The notes under the pieces: generated by a model
Databases searched by the model: none
Told to the model about the DNA's origin: nothing
The model's input: only the letters and a program-made list of their open reading frames with translations
Made by a program: the position numbers and the translations under genes
Shown: one piece after another, positions 24,001-37,279 of the stretch
Numbering within the stretch: position 1 is the first letter of the stretch
Layout of the letters: the number at the start of each line of letters is the position of its first letter
NCBI GenBank assembly: GCA_002269645.1
Contig: NIVC01001671.1
Coordinates: forward strand, 1-64,000
Length of the DNA stretch: 64,000 nucleotides
Reading direction: 5' to 3'
Origin: Macrostomum lignano
Lineage: Eukaryota

Positions 24001-24723
24001 GGGGCACTGCAGGGATTGGGGGCACTGCAGGGAAAGGGGGCACTGCAGGGAAAGGGGCACAGCAGGGATAGGGGCACTGCAGGGATAGGGGGCACTGCAG
24101 GGATTGGGGGCACTGTAGGGAAAGGGGCACAGCAGGGAGTGGGCACTGCAGGGATAGGGGATAGGGGGCACTGCAGGGATAGGGGATAGGGGGCACTGCA
24201 GGGATAGGGGCACTGCAGGGATAGGGGCACTGCAGGGATAGGGGGCACTGTAGTAAAGACAATGATAATTAGTATGGAACGATGGAATTTGTACATACAC
24301 TGTACTGTAAAATTGAAACCAAAAAAAATCCATAATTATGTTTACTGTTTTACATTTTAACTTCCCCCAACAATTAGCCAGCTAATTAGTTACTCACCGA
24401 GGCTGTTTGAGATCCACATATCCCGGAAACTGCTCAGCACTGGGAGTTCTCTCCAGCAACAGAGTCGGCTCTCGAATGGCCTGATCGCGGAGCACCACAA
24501 ACAGCTTCTTCTCCTGCTCACGTTCGCCCACGCTGATGTCGCTCTGTTTCTTCAACAGCCGCTGTCTTCTCTGCAGCAGCGTCTCCTCGCGGACATTCCA
24601 TTTTAGCAGGCAATCGCCAAGGGCTGTGCCCTTCTGATTGTAGGCCATCTCCAAGCCTTTGTCGAGGATTAACCATCTGCGGCGGTTGTAGTCGCGCTCC
24701 TGAGCTCGCTTCCTCGCGGCCAT
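21017..24723 (-). CDS. Uncharacterised ~501-aa protein; exons 24723-24398, 23877-23643, 22994-22632, 21750-21693 (tentative), 21540-21017
   Basis: ATG at 24723. Donors CG|GTGAGT, AGG|GTGAGA, CAG|GTGTGT, GAG|GTGGAT; AG acceptors; phases 2, 0, 0, 1 give a continuous 1506-nt frame: MAARKRAQERDYNRRRWLILDKGLEMAYNQKG..YVDLKQPR|YMRPLDSRQTK..NPWEEAVKESVQFRPTLCPCARLS..|SDNR..YTEDDEEES..|..|..GAKSQA*. Exons are GC-rich. No domain recognised. Confidence 0.75.
21845..22555. mobile_element. Foldback / MITE-like element: long imperfect inverted arms with a central ~67-bp direct duplication
   Basis: 21880-22005 (AAAATTTTAGG..TACGGAGATAG.AAGTTTT..AAAAATTGTTATTG..ATAGGAGGCAGACCCAATG) is the reverse complement of ~22392-22510. 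Similarity continues inward (AATTAGGATTC..TTATTCTACGTA). The centre 22125-22265 carries two copies of AATGCATTGCAGAGTTCGACTAAT..TTTATGACCTCTGTTCCACAGTCAGCTAAGAATCAT. Confidence 0.7.
23005..23575. repeat. ~20-bp minisatellite (GGTCATCAGAATCATTATGA)n in intron 2 of the minus-strand gene
   Basis: Tandem copies visible. Confidence 0.92.
23900..24252. repeat. ~19-20-bp G-rich minisatellite (GGGGCACTGCAGGGATA..)n in intron 1 of the minus-strand gene
   Basis: Tandem copies visible. Confidence 0.92.
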
Positions 24724-26348
24724 TAAATTGTTGCTGTTAATATTTTGTTGGTTTCCGATAATAACGAGCTGACTAGATGATCGAGCTGTTTTCTTTTTGT
24801 AACTGTATTGCAGTTTATAACAAAACAGTTATTCTATTTCTCACAGTGAGCTGGTGCAACTCCGTTCTCGACCCGGTCTTTCTGCTCTCTTCAATTTAAA
24901 TGCTCTATACGTAAACTGTTGCTTTTAATTTTCTTCAGAAAGAAAACATCTCACTGCTTTGTACACGAGTGGGAGACTGAGAGCTGAGAATTTCGGATAA
25001 TAGAAGCTTGGAGAGATGATGGGAAAGAGAGACTGGGTGAAGTTTTTTCTCTAAATCTTGAGTGAGCGCACAATAGGGTATAAATAAGTATATGAGCAGT
25101 GAAATGAGCACCGATCTTCTTTCCTTCTGTAGCTACGATGCACCTACGTGCAGTTTAGCTCAATTCAACTGATAGTATTTGTCGCTATATTCTGATGAGA
25201 GACACATTGTGATCGATCTTTTGATGAAAAGCGGCACATAGAGCTGCTAGACAGAATTTTCAGATACTGTATACCGGTACTGTGTAAGCGTTATACTTGT
25301 TCTGGTATAGTTTTATTTTTACAATAGCCAACGTTAGAGAAAGAGGAGGCGGCGTTTGCTCCACAGACAACAACTGCAGTAAATTTACACATGTATACAT
25401 GTACTTGCATTTATCGAAGGGCGCATATTTTACCTGAATATTAAATAGTTTAAGTGCAATTAATTTACGGTACGGTAGGGTAAAGTGCGAGTGTACGCAC
25501 TGATTCAGAAAACTGAAGGGGGAGGGGCAGGCTGGAAGGGTGGGGGTTAGGCACGAGAGAAAAATTAGGACCCGATTGCACAACGTTCAAAACTTTTGAC
25601 ATAACGTATAGGTTTTAAACCACTTTGTCAACTTATGTCGCAATATGATTGACAAACTTGTGAATGTTGCGTTATAAATCCCAATTAGCTAATCATGCAA
25701 TTACAGCGACTATAGGTGCAGAAGTTACTTCTAGCGTGATCTTTGTGGGTTGATATTTATATTGTACTGCATAAATTTAACAACGGATTTTTGTGCTACA
25801 AACCAAGCAGTAAAACACCAAATATCTTAAACACGCACATAAATAAATTTTTGCTATTTTATTTGAAACAATTACAACTAATGTAGTATTTTATTAGTTT
25901 ATTTTTTTTTAACTAACAAATGCACCTTAAAAATATTGTCAGCTGACTGGCATTTTTCGCTTAAGTGCTTCGTACGTTCAGTAGTACGAAATCGAATGCA
26001 CTGCAATCGTACCATCGACCTGGCTGTGTATATTGTGCGTATTGTGTTGGAGGACAGCCTCTTTTCAAAATTTTATGCATGAATTTGCTATTTATGCTTA
26101 CCACAAAAGCAAGTCTTCACAGTATCGTTCCTAAGAAAAGGGAAGTTTAAAAATTAGAGCACATATTTATATTTCCAAGAAGTATCGCTGCAGACAGGGT
26201 TCTCTACTAACAATTAACAACCAACTTCGGTTAAGACATAGCTAACCTCGTTCTAGTCTTCTTAAGATTGGTCAAATACTGTTTAGATAATATCATATCA
26301 CAGAAAGCGGCATTTTGCAGGCCACATTGAAACTAACAAACTATTAAA

Positions 26349-29300
26349 ATGATGACTTCAACTGATTCTAATAGTGGTAAGTTGCAAAGTCATAGATTAT
26401 AGGCCTAACTTATATCAGATAGATGTGAAAACCTGATGGTATGAGATAAATTAGCCTTGTCTAGTGGTAAATATTTCTTCTAATTTTTGTTGTCCTAAGT
26501 TGTTAATCTTTTTTAAATTCCATATATATAAGCCTAATTATAAAAAGTAGGTAGATTTCATTTGTTAGAGTCAGAGAGGAAGAATTAAAATAATTGCACT
26601 TTTTCTTAAAAATACAATTGTATATACTAAAAATCCAACCAAAAACTAAAATGAACTAATCTTACAAATGGGTTTTATTTTTTTATTTTTAAGCATCATG
26701 TTTTAAAGTAAGTTTAAGTATAACTTTTAATTTAATCTATGATAGGCTATAGATCTAGGCCTTATTTTATTATTGTATAGGCCTAGGCCTATTGTTCTGA
26801 TAATAATAGTATATAATAAAAACTAAGACTTAAAGCATCGTAACCTAGGCTTATCTAAGTTTGTAATTATAGGTTTATTTCTTATAAAATCGCAATAAAT
26901 TTATATTTTCTTATGAGATAGTTATAGTTCTTTTATAGGGCCTACATTTTCTTTAGTAATATATCACACTTATTATGCTGCCTTACCTTTTAGTGCTTAC
27001 CTTTTTGCCTAGTAGTAAATATTTTGTAAAATAAACTGCACAAGTATCTTTTTTCTAAATATAATTGCTCAAAACTAATCAATTTATTGTTTAGACAAAT
27101 CTATATCTATTATTTGACATGTTACTTTTAAAAGTTGCCTTACCAAAATATTATTCATATAATATAATTTTGGTAATTATTAGGCTACCAAAATATAATT
27201 TGGAAATATAAATATAATTTATATTATTTTTTGAAATTGTTAGCCATTTTTATTAAAAATCATATATATATATATAAAGGTTAAAATATATGGTAAAAAG
27301 TTATCTGGCTTCCCTTTGGAAGACTTGCCTTTGAGCCTTGCTTTTTTGCTTACATGTGCCTGCTGAACATTTGTTCTCAAAATATCTAATATTAGTCACT
27401 GTTTTTTATTTGGAGGTGGTTTGCCTCTCTAACCTAGGAATTAATGTGCTGCTCCCTTCTCCTTAGGTGTATAGCCATTCCCTAGGCATCTTGCCTATCC
27501 CCTTCTCTCCTAAATTTGATAACTGACAGGTGTTGCTTTGCCTGCCCATCTTTCTAGACATTCTATATTACCTAGGTGTACTGCCTCTCTTCCTACCCTA
27601 GAAATTTTGTCTCCTAGGCATTCTGCCTATCCTTAACCCTTAAGATTCCCCTTATCTATTAGGCGTTCTGCCTTCTTACTCAATCCCTATTAGGTATCTA
27701 CCCTCCTTTCCAAAATTCCCCATTAGAAATTAGAATTCTCCCTTAGGAAAGTGTGCCCTCATTTCCCAGGCAACTCTGGTCTATTGCGTAGCCCTTCTTC
27801 CCCTCTTTCTCCCAAAGACTGAATTTAGCTATAGTTAGACAGTGTCTTGCCGCTTGGACACTTGATGCTACCAGGAGTATTGTTCACATACTCTATAATA
27901 AGAATATAATATTTTTCCCAGTTCAAAGAAATTCCCAAGTCCCCTAGAACAGTTTTGGCGATATCAGTAGAATTTAGCTTGCTTTTCAACAGTCAATTCC
28001 TGCACCATAAATGTAATTTTTTATTTTTTAGACTCCTGGGTTGAGCTTCACTTCTCAACCCAAGATGCTCAAGAAGACATGCAGCAGCAGCATCAGGCAT
28101 TGCTTCAATCGAGCAGCCAACAGCGAGCCATGGAACGCCTCCTGCGCGAGGCTCAACGCAGCGGTGCATCGTCAATCTCTCAGTCTGGCAATGCCAGTCC
28201 AATCTATGGCGATTGTCGCAGTCCTCCAGCTCTTGCTGAAGAAGCCACCACCAATGTAAGTTTTACACTACAAAGTGCTGTCGCAAGTCAGTTAGCTTGC
28301 ATATCAATTAGGTTTATAGAAAATATTTTCTAATTCCTAATTCTAGACTTCATCCAAAGCGACAGCCGAATTTATGCAAAACAACACTGACTGGTTGTGG
28401 GACTGGTCTGGTCACTCTTTGTGAGTGTCTGCGGGCTGCTTTTATACCACGTTAAATTTCACATAAATGTAGACACTGCCCGCCTGCTTCACCTCACCCC
28501 AATTAGCGATGCCCATTCCTTACCCCTCAGTCTCCAATCCAAATGTACACACTGTCTGCCTGCCCTACCCCACCCCAATTAGCGATTCCCATTCCTTACC
28601 CCTCAGTCTCCAATCCAAATGTACACACTGTCTGCCTGCCCCACCCACCCCCAATTAGCGAAGCCCATTCCTTACCCCTCCGTCTCCAATCCAAATGTAC
28701 ACTACCCGCCTGTGCCACCCCAATTAGCGAAGCCCATTCCTTACCCCTCCGTCTCCGATCCAAACGTACACTCACGCCTGCCCCACCCCAATTAGCGAAG
28801 CCCATTCCTTACCCCTTCGTCTCCAATCTAAATGTACACACTGCCCGCCTGCCCCACCCCACCCCAATTAGCGAAGCTCATTCCTTTACCTCCGCTCCGT
28901 CTCCAATCCAAATGTACACACTGCCCGCCTGCCCCACCCCACCCCAATTAGCGAAGCTCATTCCTTTACCTCCGCTCCGTCTCCAATCCAAATGTACACA
29001 CTGCCCGCCTGCCCCACCCCCAATTAGCGAAGCCCATTCCTACCCCTCCGCCTCCAATCCAAATGTACACACTGCCCGCCTGCCCCACCCCCAATTAGCG
29101 AAGCCCATTCCTACCCCTCCGCCTCCAATCCAAATGTACACACTGCCCACCTCCCCCCACCCTAACCCGATTAGCGAAGCCCATTCCTTACCCCTCCGCC
29201 TCCAATCCAAATGTACACACTGCCCGTCTGCTCTACCCTACCCCGATTAGCGAAGGCCATTCCTTATCCCTTCTAAATGTACTTTTAGCATCCTCTATTA

Positions 29301-30367
29301 GCAAACCCCTCTAACTAAGCTCCGAAATCGAAACCATTCTAAAGCGCCGGAACCGGGCGATCAAAGCGAGGCGGCGGCTACAGGGGTGGTAGCAAATCGG
29401 CCGCCTCGAGCACCGGCTCTCTCAGCCTGCGCAAGAGCGGTCTGATGCGACGCCAAACGGCCTCCTCGGTAGCGACTTCGCCCTACGCAGCCGATGCCAG
29501 CGAAGCTACCTGGCAGAACTGGGCCTATTATTGTTGGGTATCGATGAATAATTATTATCCCCAGCCGGTTGTCAGCGCCATCACTCACGCTGTCTGCTTC
29601 ATCTTCGGGGCCGCTTCGTGAGTTTTTATTTGATGTTTTTGTAGCTTTTTTTGGCAACTTGAGGTACCCCTGTTCCTGTTTCGATCCCCGGGCAGGCAAC
29701 CATTTTCTTTTTGAGAAACAAGATGCCCACATTACCATCCTAGCACCCGGGTACCGATCTTAGAAACCCGGTTACCAACCCTAGCAACCTGATTACTGAT
29801 CCTAACAACCCGGTTACTGATCCTAGCAACCCGGTTACCGACCCTAGCAACACAATTACCGATCGTAGCAACCCAGCTACGGACCCTAGCAACCCATTTA
29901 CCGATCCCAGCAACCCGGTTACCAACCCTAGAAACCTGGTTACCAGCCCTAGCAACCCGGTTACCGACCCTAGCAACCCAATTACCGACCCTAGCAACCC
30001 AGGTTACGATCCTAGCAACCCATTTACCGATCCTAGTAACCCATTTACCGACCCTAGCAACCCGATTACTGACCCTAGCAACCCGGTTACCAGCCCTAGC
30101 AACCCTGTTTCCGACCCTAGCGACCCAGCTACGGATCATAGCAAACAAGTTACCACCCCTAGCAACACAATTACCGATCGTAGCAACCCAGCTACGGACC
30201 CTAGCTACCCAGTTACCAGCCCTAGCAATCTTCTCTCCCCCCAAACTGAAAATACTAAAAGGTCATACTTATACCCACACTTATTAATCAGCTAACTCAA
30301 TAATCTTTTCAGGGTATTCATAGTCATGCGAACATGCAGTAGGCAGCGCAACGTACTGGGCCATTGA
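26349..30367 (+). CDS. bnip3: BNIP3/NIX-family mitophagy receptor, 217 aa; exons 26349-26376, 28032-28255, 28347-28420, 29345-29617, 30313-30367
   Basis: Spliced translation: MMTSTDSNSDSWVELHFSTQ..RAMERLLREAQRSGASS..EATTN|TSSKATAEFMQNNTDWLWDWSGHSF..SLSLRKSGLMRR..SAITHAVCFIFGAAS|VFIVMRTCSRQRNVLGH*. This matches the BNIP3 hallmarks in order: LIR SWVELHFS, MEKILLDAQHESG, DWIWDWSS, LSMRNTSVMKK, and a His-containing C-terminal TM. All donors are GTRAGT; phases 1, 0, 2, 2 are consistent; 654 nt. Confidence 0.9.
28485..29265. repeat. ~70-bp minisatellite (CCCAATTAGCGAAGCCCATTCCTTACCCCTCCGTCTCCAATCCAAATGTACACACTGCCCGCCTGCCCCACC)n in BNIP3 intron 3
   Basis: About 11 imperfect tandem copies. Confidence 0.92.
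29745..30230. repeat. 21-bp minisatellite (CCCTAGCAACCCGGTTACCGA)n in BNIP3 intron 4
   Basis: Tandem copies visible; source of the VARVGNR ORF. Confidence 0.92.
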
Positions 30368-33300
30368 TTCAACCAACAATAATTTGAGTAGTCCACACTG
30401 AGAGGAAAGCATTGTACATAATAAGCTTTGTTATATCAATTAACCCGTTTAAAAAACAATGATATCGTTTTTAAGCTGGATTTTACTTTGGTTTGTGAAC
30501 ACTTTTATTGTTGTAATGCTGTAGATATTCTTTTGTTTGTTTTTGATTTTTCATTATTTAATTAATAATCTATACTACTAGCCTGCCACTAAAAACGAGT
30601 AGTATGATAGCGAGTCTGCGATATGTCGCTTGTTTTATTTAACAATATCCAGTATATTGCACGCTATTTGTGCTTATTTTGTCGGAGCGAAACTCGAGCA
30701 AAATACTCAATCCTGATCTTTTATTTATAAGAATACATTTCCTAATATTTTTAAATTATGTAACTGGTTGTTTTTCAATTAATTATTTTTGCTTGTTATT
30801 TTAACGTTTAGCCATATGAAATCTAAGATTTCGGGCTAAATTTTCATTTACTATACGGAATAGTTGAATTAGTATAAACAATCTCCATTATTTTACAAAT
30901 AAAATAGAGTCTACAGTAAATACAGTATAAAATTTTATTACTGTGCAATGTGCATACACACATGACATCTGTATGTTTATGGTTAAATTAGTCTATTATA
31001 TTATTCCTTATCCTTACTTTGCTTCCCATTACACGAGTTTTTGGTGTATTTGTGGTTTAAGTTATGTACTCGTAGCTGACCTCATCCATTAGTACGTATT
31101 TTGTTCTGTTTTAATTAACAGGTTTTAATTTGCAGACAGTTTAAATTGGCGCCAAAACTGAGTTCTGCAGGAGTCACAGTCTAACAATTTTTTTTAATAT
31201 CTTTCACAGAAAATTTATTGTTTAATAAATAAAGAAACTGGTTAAAATGAAATTTATTTGACACGAATTTAAATTGTTTGTTTACATACGCCTTTAATGT
31301 TTACGCACTAAAGCAAATTAAAGCTCATTGTCTGGTTCAGTTCAATATTTAGATAAGTGTAAAATGCAAAATAGTGCAAAATAATTGCAAATATTCATTA
31401 AGGAAAACTTTCTTTTATTTTGTTTTTCTCTAAACAATTCTTTCCCTGCTGCAATCGAATGCACTACATATGTTTATGTGTTTACCATAATTTTTTAACT
31501 ATTAATTGTTATCTACATCCCAAGTTTACTCGTTTTAATATTGTTTGTACTGTAACAAATACATAATTTCTAATCTATATTGTCATGCATTTTTACAAAT
31601 TTATTTCGTGTATACATAGTAATATCGTTCAATAACAGTTTAATTTGTTTTAAATAATAAATCACTTTTTATTTATTAATTAAAGCAAGCAAAGTCTCTA
31701 AAAAGTTGCGAAGAATTCCTTTTCTACATGTACAAAGTGATTCGGAAGTCAAGCGAATTTTTCGTTTCATTTTCTGTATATAAATTTTTCTCTTTTGTTA
31801 AAATTTTTATTATATAAACATGTTTCGTTGGTTTTTTGGAGTTTTTTATGTTCAGCTGTGTACACCCACCCTAAGGCTTTATCTTCCAGAATGTAAAATT
31901 GTGTTTTACTCGCGTCCAGTTCATGCACGTGTTTTCGTGGAAACGTGCTTTGATTTTATCTGTCAAATATATTTAAATGCTATTAAAAACTACGGATTTA
32001 TCCGTTATAGTTTTGCGTCAGATTATTAATAGTGTGCGATCAGTGAAAGGAATTGAGTGACAGACAAGTGTGAGATTGACATTAAGTTTTGTATCCCTGC
32101 AGACCTATAGCCTTCTACTCACTAGCCTACTACATGCTTAAATGATAAAAAATCTAACTAAGGACAACTGGGTTAAGATTTTCACCTGACAAGTATCTCA
32201 GCTGCAGATACTACTTTTCATGAATAAATGATTGAATTATTGCAAAGCGGGATTGGGATTCCGATGGTCGATCCCGGGATTTAGGCCTTATCCCGGGAAT
32301 GGTGATTCCCAAACAGTGTGATATTATCGATTGTGAGAAACTAACAAAAAATCACTAAGCATCGAATAGATTTTCTCTACTATTTTACTATTGCACTACT
32401 TAAAAGTAGCTAGACTGGGTCCTCAAACTTACTGTATTTTGAGTAATTTCGCGTGCTTAAAACACGAAAAAAATCAGGCACTGTAGTCTAGTGTAGCTTT
32501 AACTTGGAATTAAATGTTTCTCACGGTCAGACTCCAACATTAAATAGTGAGCTGTATAAGTTGTTATATAGTCTATGTACATGCAGTCTATACAGTAGGT
32601 TAAAGATTGAGCAATAAAAATCTATGATTATAAATCTAACCTTGCTTCATTTCTTTCTTTAAAAATTCAACTACGTTATACGTAATTAGTTGGTTTAGAA
32701 AATTTTCTTAATTACTCTAATTATTGGATGGTGAGCTATTTTGTTATTTGGGACTTAAGAGTGTACCAACTAAATGAGCTTATACGACGGAAACGAGTTG
32801 TCGAGTTAAACTGGCTCTGAATTAAATTTTTAAATGGGCTTTGCTTGTGGACAAAATTGTCTCAGCTAAAACAACTGATTAAGGAGTTTTTAACGAGCTT
32901 TAGAATTTAATCGCAGTTTTTTTATAGTTAACAATAAAAATAAGAGCCTCTCTTATCTTATCTGTGTATTCAACTGTTCTTGTTATTGCTCTTCGGTTCC
33001 TCCGGCCTCTAGAGGAACAAAACAGGGTGGGTGTACAGTGCTCTAGACTAAATAAGATGCCTAGATGAGATAGATGAACGGTCAAGATAAGATGATAAGG
33101 CGTAAACTTTAAATTAGGCAGGGCGCTAGGGTTTGAAGGGCCTTAATGGAAATCGCGGGAAATGGTCCGGTCGGTTTGGTGTGTGCGCGGGGGGGGTGCC
33201 GTTCGCAGGGGTTGACGGACAAGAACGCTGCTTATTGGTGGAGCGGGCCGGGACCCATTTTAGAATCTAGTGGTAACCCCACTCTGAATGTACACCACTG

Positions 33301-34149
33301 AACTCGTCCTCCTCTAGGCCTTATATAGGCCTTACTTGGGATGTTTAGTTGATATAGAAAATTAGTTCAGCTATAGACCCAAGGAAGGAAGGATAGGATA
33401 AGGTCAAGTCAAGGATAGATAACATATTAACAGCTAATGCGAACGACCAAGTGTCAAGTGTAGATTTGATTAAAACTACAAGAAGTTTCCTAAACATTGA
33501 TTGAAACTACCTCTTATTTAGCCCCATTCCTTTCGACAGGAGGATTACTATTATTTAAAAAGGTAAGTGAAAGGGAATAAGCTTTATTTGTTATATTTTG
33601 AATCATACCAAACTTTCTCCATTCTGCGTATTTTTAGAAGTGTAGATAGAGTAGCCAGCATTTCTATATTTAATTTAAAACAGATCAAATCAAAGCATGA
33701 AGTCATCGAAGTGGAAGTTAATATAAAAATGACTGTTAATTCGTACGATTTCAGATTACAACAACTGAAAATCAGCATTATGTAGAACTAATCATAGTGT
33801 TCTGAGGCAGGAAATTAATCAAATCCATGTCTCAAATACCGTGTCTTACCTCACTGTGTGTTGTGCCTGTTCTGTGGGAAACTTGACACTTGAAATTCCG
33901 TTAATCCTCAACGACTGGGAAATGACTGACTGACCATTGCGAAATTATCGTAGCTGGGCTTTGTAATAATTACTTGTTAATTAGTCGTTAGTTATAAAAT
34001 GGTTGACTCTTCTTGGATATTTGAGCTGCTGTCAAGGCTTTTAACTCAATTAAGCTTTTAAAATTGTTGTCGATAAATGGGGATTAAGGAATAAGAAAGG
34101 AGTGCGACCTGAAACTATTGATTTTAGGCCCTTAAAATTTAGGGCGTGA

Positions 34150-34860
34150 TTGTACGGATGAAGGAGGGTGAGATAAGGATGGGGAGAGGGTGAGTGGGGT
34201 GAGTTAATGATAGGTAGGCCTAGGGTGAGATAAGGATGGGGAGGGTGAGATTAGGATGGGTAAAGGTGAGATTAGGATAGGGAGAGGGAGGGTGAGATAA
34301 GGATGGGGAGAGTGTGAGTGGGGGTGAGATAAGGATGGGGGAGGGTGAGATAGATGGGGGAGGGTGAGATAAGGATGGGGAGAGTGTGAGTGGGGGTGAG
34401 ATAAGGATGGGGGAGGGTGAGATAGATGGGGGAGGGTGAGATAAGGATGGGGGAGGGTAATATAAGGATGGGGGAGGCTGAGATAAGGATGGGGAGGGAG
34501 AGATAAGGATGGGGAGGGTGAGATAAGGATGGGGGAGGGTAAGATAAGGATGGGGGAGGCTGAGATAAGGATGGGGAGGGTGAGATTAGGATGGGTAAAG
34601 ATGAGATTAGGATAGGGAGAGGGAGAGTGAGATAAGGATGGGGAGGGAGAGATAAGGAGAGTTAAGGATAAGGATAAGGAGAGGGGAGAGTGTGAGTGGG
34701 GTGAGATAAGGATGGGGGAGGGTGAGATAAGGATGGGGGAGGGTGAGATAAGGATGAGGGAGGGTGAGATAAGGATGTTAGAGGGTGAGATATGGATGGG
34801 GAGGGAGAGAAGGATGGGAGAGGGACGAGGGTGAGATAAGGATGGGGGAGGGTGAGATAC
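34150..34860. repeat. ~21-bp purine-rich minisatellite (GGGGAGGGTGAGATAAGGATG)n
   Basis: Tandem copies visible. Confidence 0.9.
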
Positions 34861-36289
34861 ATGTAAGAATGGGGAGGGGATGGTTGGTGAGGTGAGGATT
34901 AAAAAATAGGTAGCTCGCTCGTGCCTCGTACATAGAGATACAGATACGAAGGTATTCAATGCATACAATCTAACTGAGATTTAGAGTAAGTTAATAAAAT
35001 GAGGCTGTTAACGGTTGCCAGAATGACGAATGAAGCATTACGATTCCGGATACCAGGAATGTGAGGTGAGTGAGCAGTCAGGCACTGCAAGAAATCTGAA
35101 TCAGATTCTAGAGGTTGTATATTAATTATAAATACTATATTTAGAGTTAATCATTACAATTTTTAATGCTACAATGGCTTGAAAATCATGCTTTGTTTCC
35201 AGCAGGTACTGTATTTTCCCAAATGCTTGAATTGAGTCTGCATTTGAGCTAGATTGAATCAGTAGAATCCAGTCTGTTAGAACAATCCCAGTTGTAAAGG
35301 AGGGATCCCGCCTCGATGAGTGGGGAGATTTAGTTATTTTTATTTTTTAGCAAGCGATGATGCGAGAGAAGTCGCAAATGAAAGCGCTGGTGCTGGGGGA
35401 AGCGGAACCAGTTTTTGTTTAGAAATTTTTCAACCGATCAGACGAATCAAAATTTAGCTTTTTGAGGTAAAGGGCGGGAGTAAATATAGTTGTAGTTTCA
35501 AGCTAAGCTACCTCGTCATCTGATTAATCTAGACCGGGAGGTTGGCATACGTTTTTTTACCGCTTTTTCACGAAGATGAGAGAAGAGATCAGAGAAGAGA
35601 GCTCTACTTCGAGTTGCCGACCATTGATCTTGGCCCTGTACAATTGCTTACTGTATGTGACTTGTCTTGTTCCCCGCTACTGCGGGAAAAGGGTGAGTGA
35701 CACACCACAAGCGCTCTCCCTAATATATATTACCTGGCATTTTTTGAAACCTTAGCCTGGAACTATACGCTCGTATAGATGGTATGCACTAGGCAGGGCA
35801 AAATATGTTTCTGCAATAAGTGCGTCACTTGTCTGCAGTCAGTCACAGTCACCTTGGCGAATGCTGCATGCTGGTATATGCTTTGTTGCAAAGTGTAAGG
35901 ACCGCGGGTATCACGAAAATGCATGCAAGTTATCTCAGGAAAAAATTGTATAAATAATTCCTCTGTAGAAGAAAATGGCATATAGGTTATTTCAAGTTAA
36001 AACAATTTATTTATGAAAGCACCTAATGTGTTAAGCTAACATCTTAGTGTTCGTGACCTTGACTGGGCAAGCAAGGAATGGTGTTAAAATAATAGCTCGT
36101 AATAATAACTTCATAGATGCATCCGCATTTGTCTTGAAGCAAGCGCCATAGCTGAACGAATTAACAGTGTTTTATTTGTTGTTTATTTAAACAAAATAGA
36201 ACAATTATAATTGAGAGTGAGAAGTAAGGAGAGAGTCTAAGAGAAGCGGGAGAAGAGTGCCTGTGTCAGAATAGGGTAAGGAAATGGAG

Positions 36290-36840
36290 TGGCTGAGGAG
36301 AGAATAGAAGTGGGAGAGGGGGAGATAGTGTAAGGAAGAGGGTGAGATGAGAGAATGATATGAGGGAGTGGGCGAGATGAGAGAGACGGTGAGAGGGAGT
36401 GGGTGAAATAAGGGAGTCGGTGAGATGAGAAAGACTGTGAGAGGGAGTGGGTGAAATAAGGAAGAGGGTGAGATGAGAGAGACTGTGAGAGAGAGTGGGT
36501 GAAATAGGAAGAGGGTGAGATGAGGAGACAGTGAGAGGGAGTGGGTGAAACAAGGAAGAGGGTGAGATGAGAGAGACTGTGAGAGGGAGTGGGTTAAATA
36601 AGGAAGAGGGTGAGATGAGACGATGAGAGGGAGTGGGTGAAATAAGGAAGAGGGTGAGATGAGAGAGACTGTGAGAGGGAGTGGGTGAAATAAGGAAGAG
36701 GGTGAGATGAGAGAGACTGTGAGAGGGAGTGGGTGAAATAGGAAGAGGGTGAGATGAGGAGACAGTGAGAGGGAGTGCGGGGAGATGAGAGAGACGGTGA
36801 TAGGGAGTGGGTGAAATAAGGGAGAGGGTGAGATGAGAGA
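36290..36840. repeat. ~48-bp purine-rich minisatellite (GGGTGAGATGAGAGAGACTGTGAGAGGGAGTGGGTGAAATAAGGAAGA)n
   Basis: Tandem copies visible. Confidence 0.9.
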
Positions 36841-37279
36841 ACATTATATCTGATATAAATCTGACAGCAAAGTGAGTTCCTATATTTGAGTTGCACCTCG
36901 AGGGATTTGAAAAAGGATTTATCTGTCCATCGAGCTAATTAACAATACAAGCATTCCTATTGAAACTATATTGCACTTGTCACTGAGGCATCGGTGCAGA
37001 ACAACCTATTATTTTTCCACTAATGAGAGTTTTTATATCTAAGGTCATTTCTACGCTCGTAATTACCTATACTTTTGAGCATTAATGGCCATTGGAGATT
37101 GGAGATGTCTGCTGTTGATGTTTTTTATCAGTTTATACAATCTGATTTATTGAACCTCATTATTAGCGATCTTAAAGGACAAAAACTACAAGAATAATGG
37201 TTGCTATAATGTTCAACTTAGATGTACTTATAAAGACTCGGAATGTACCCTAAGGTCCCTTATACACCTGTGCCTAATC

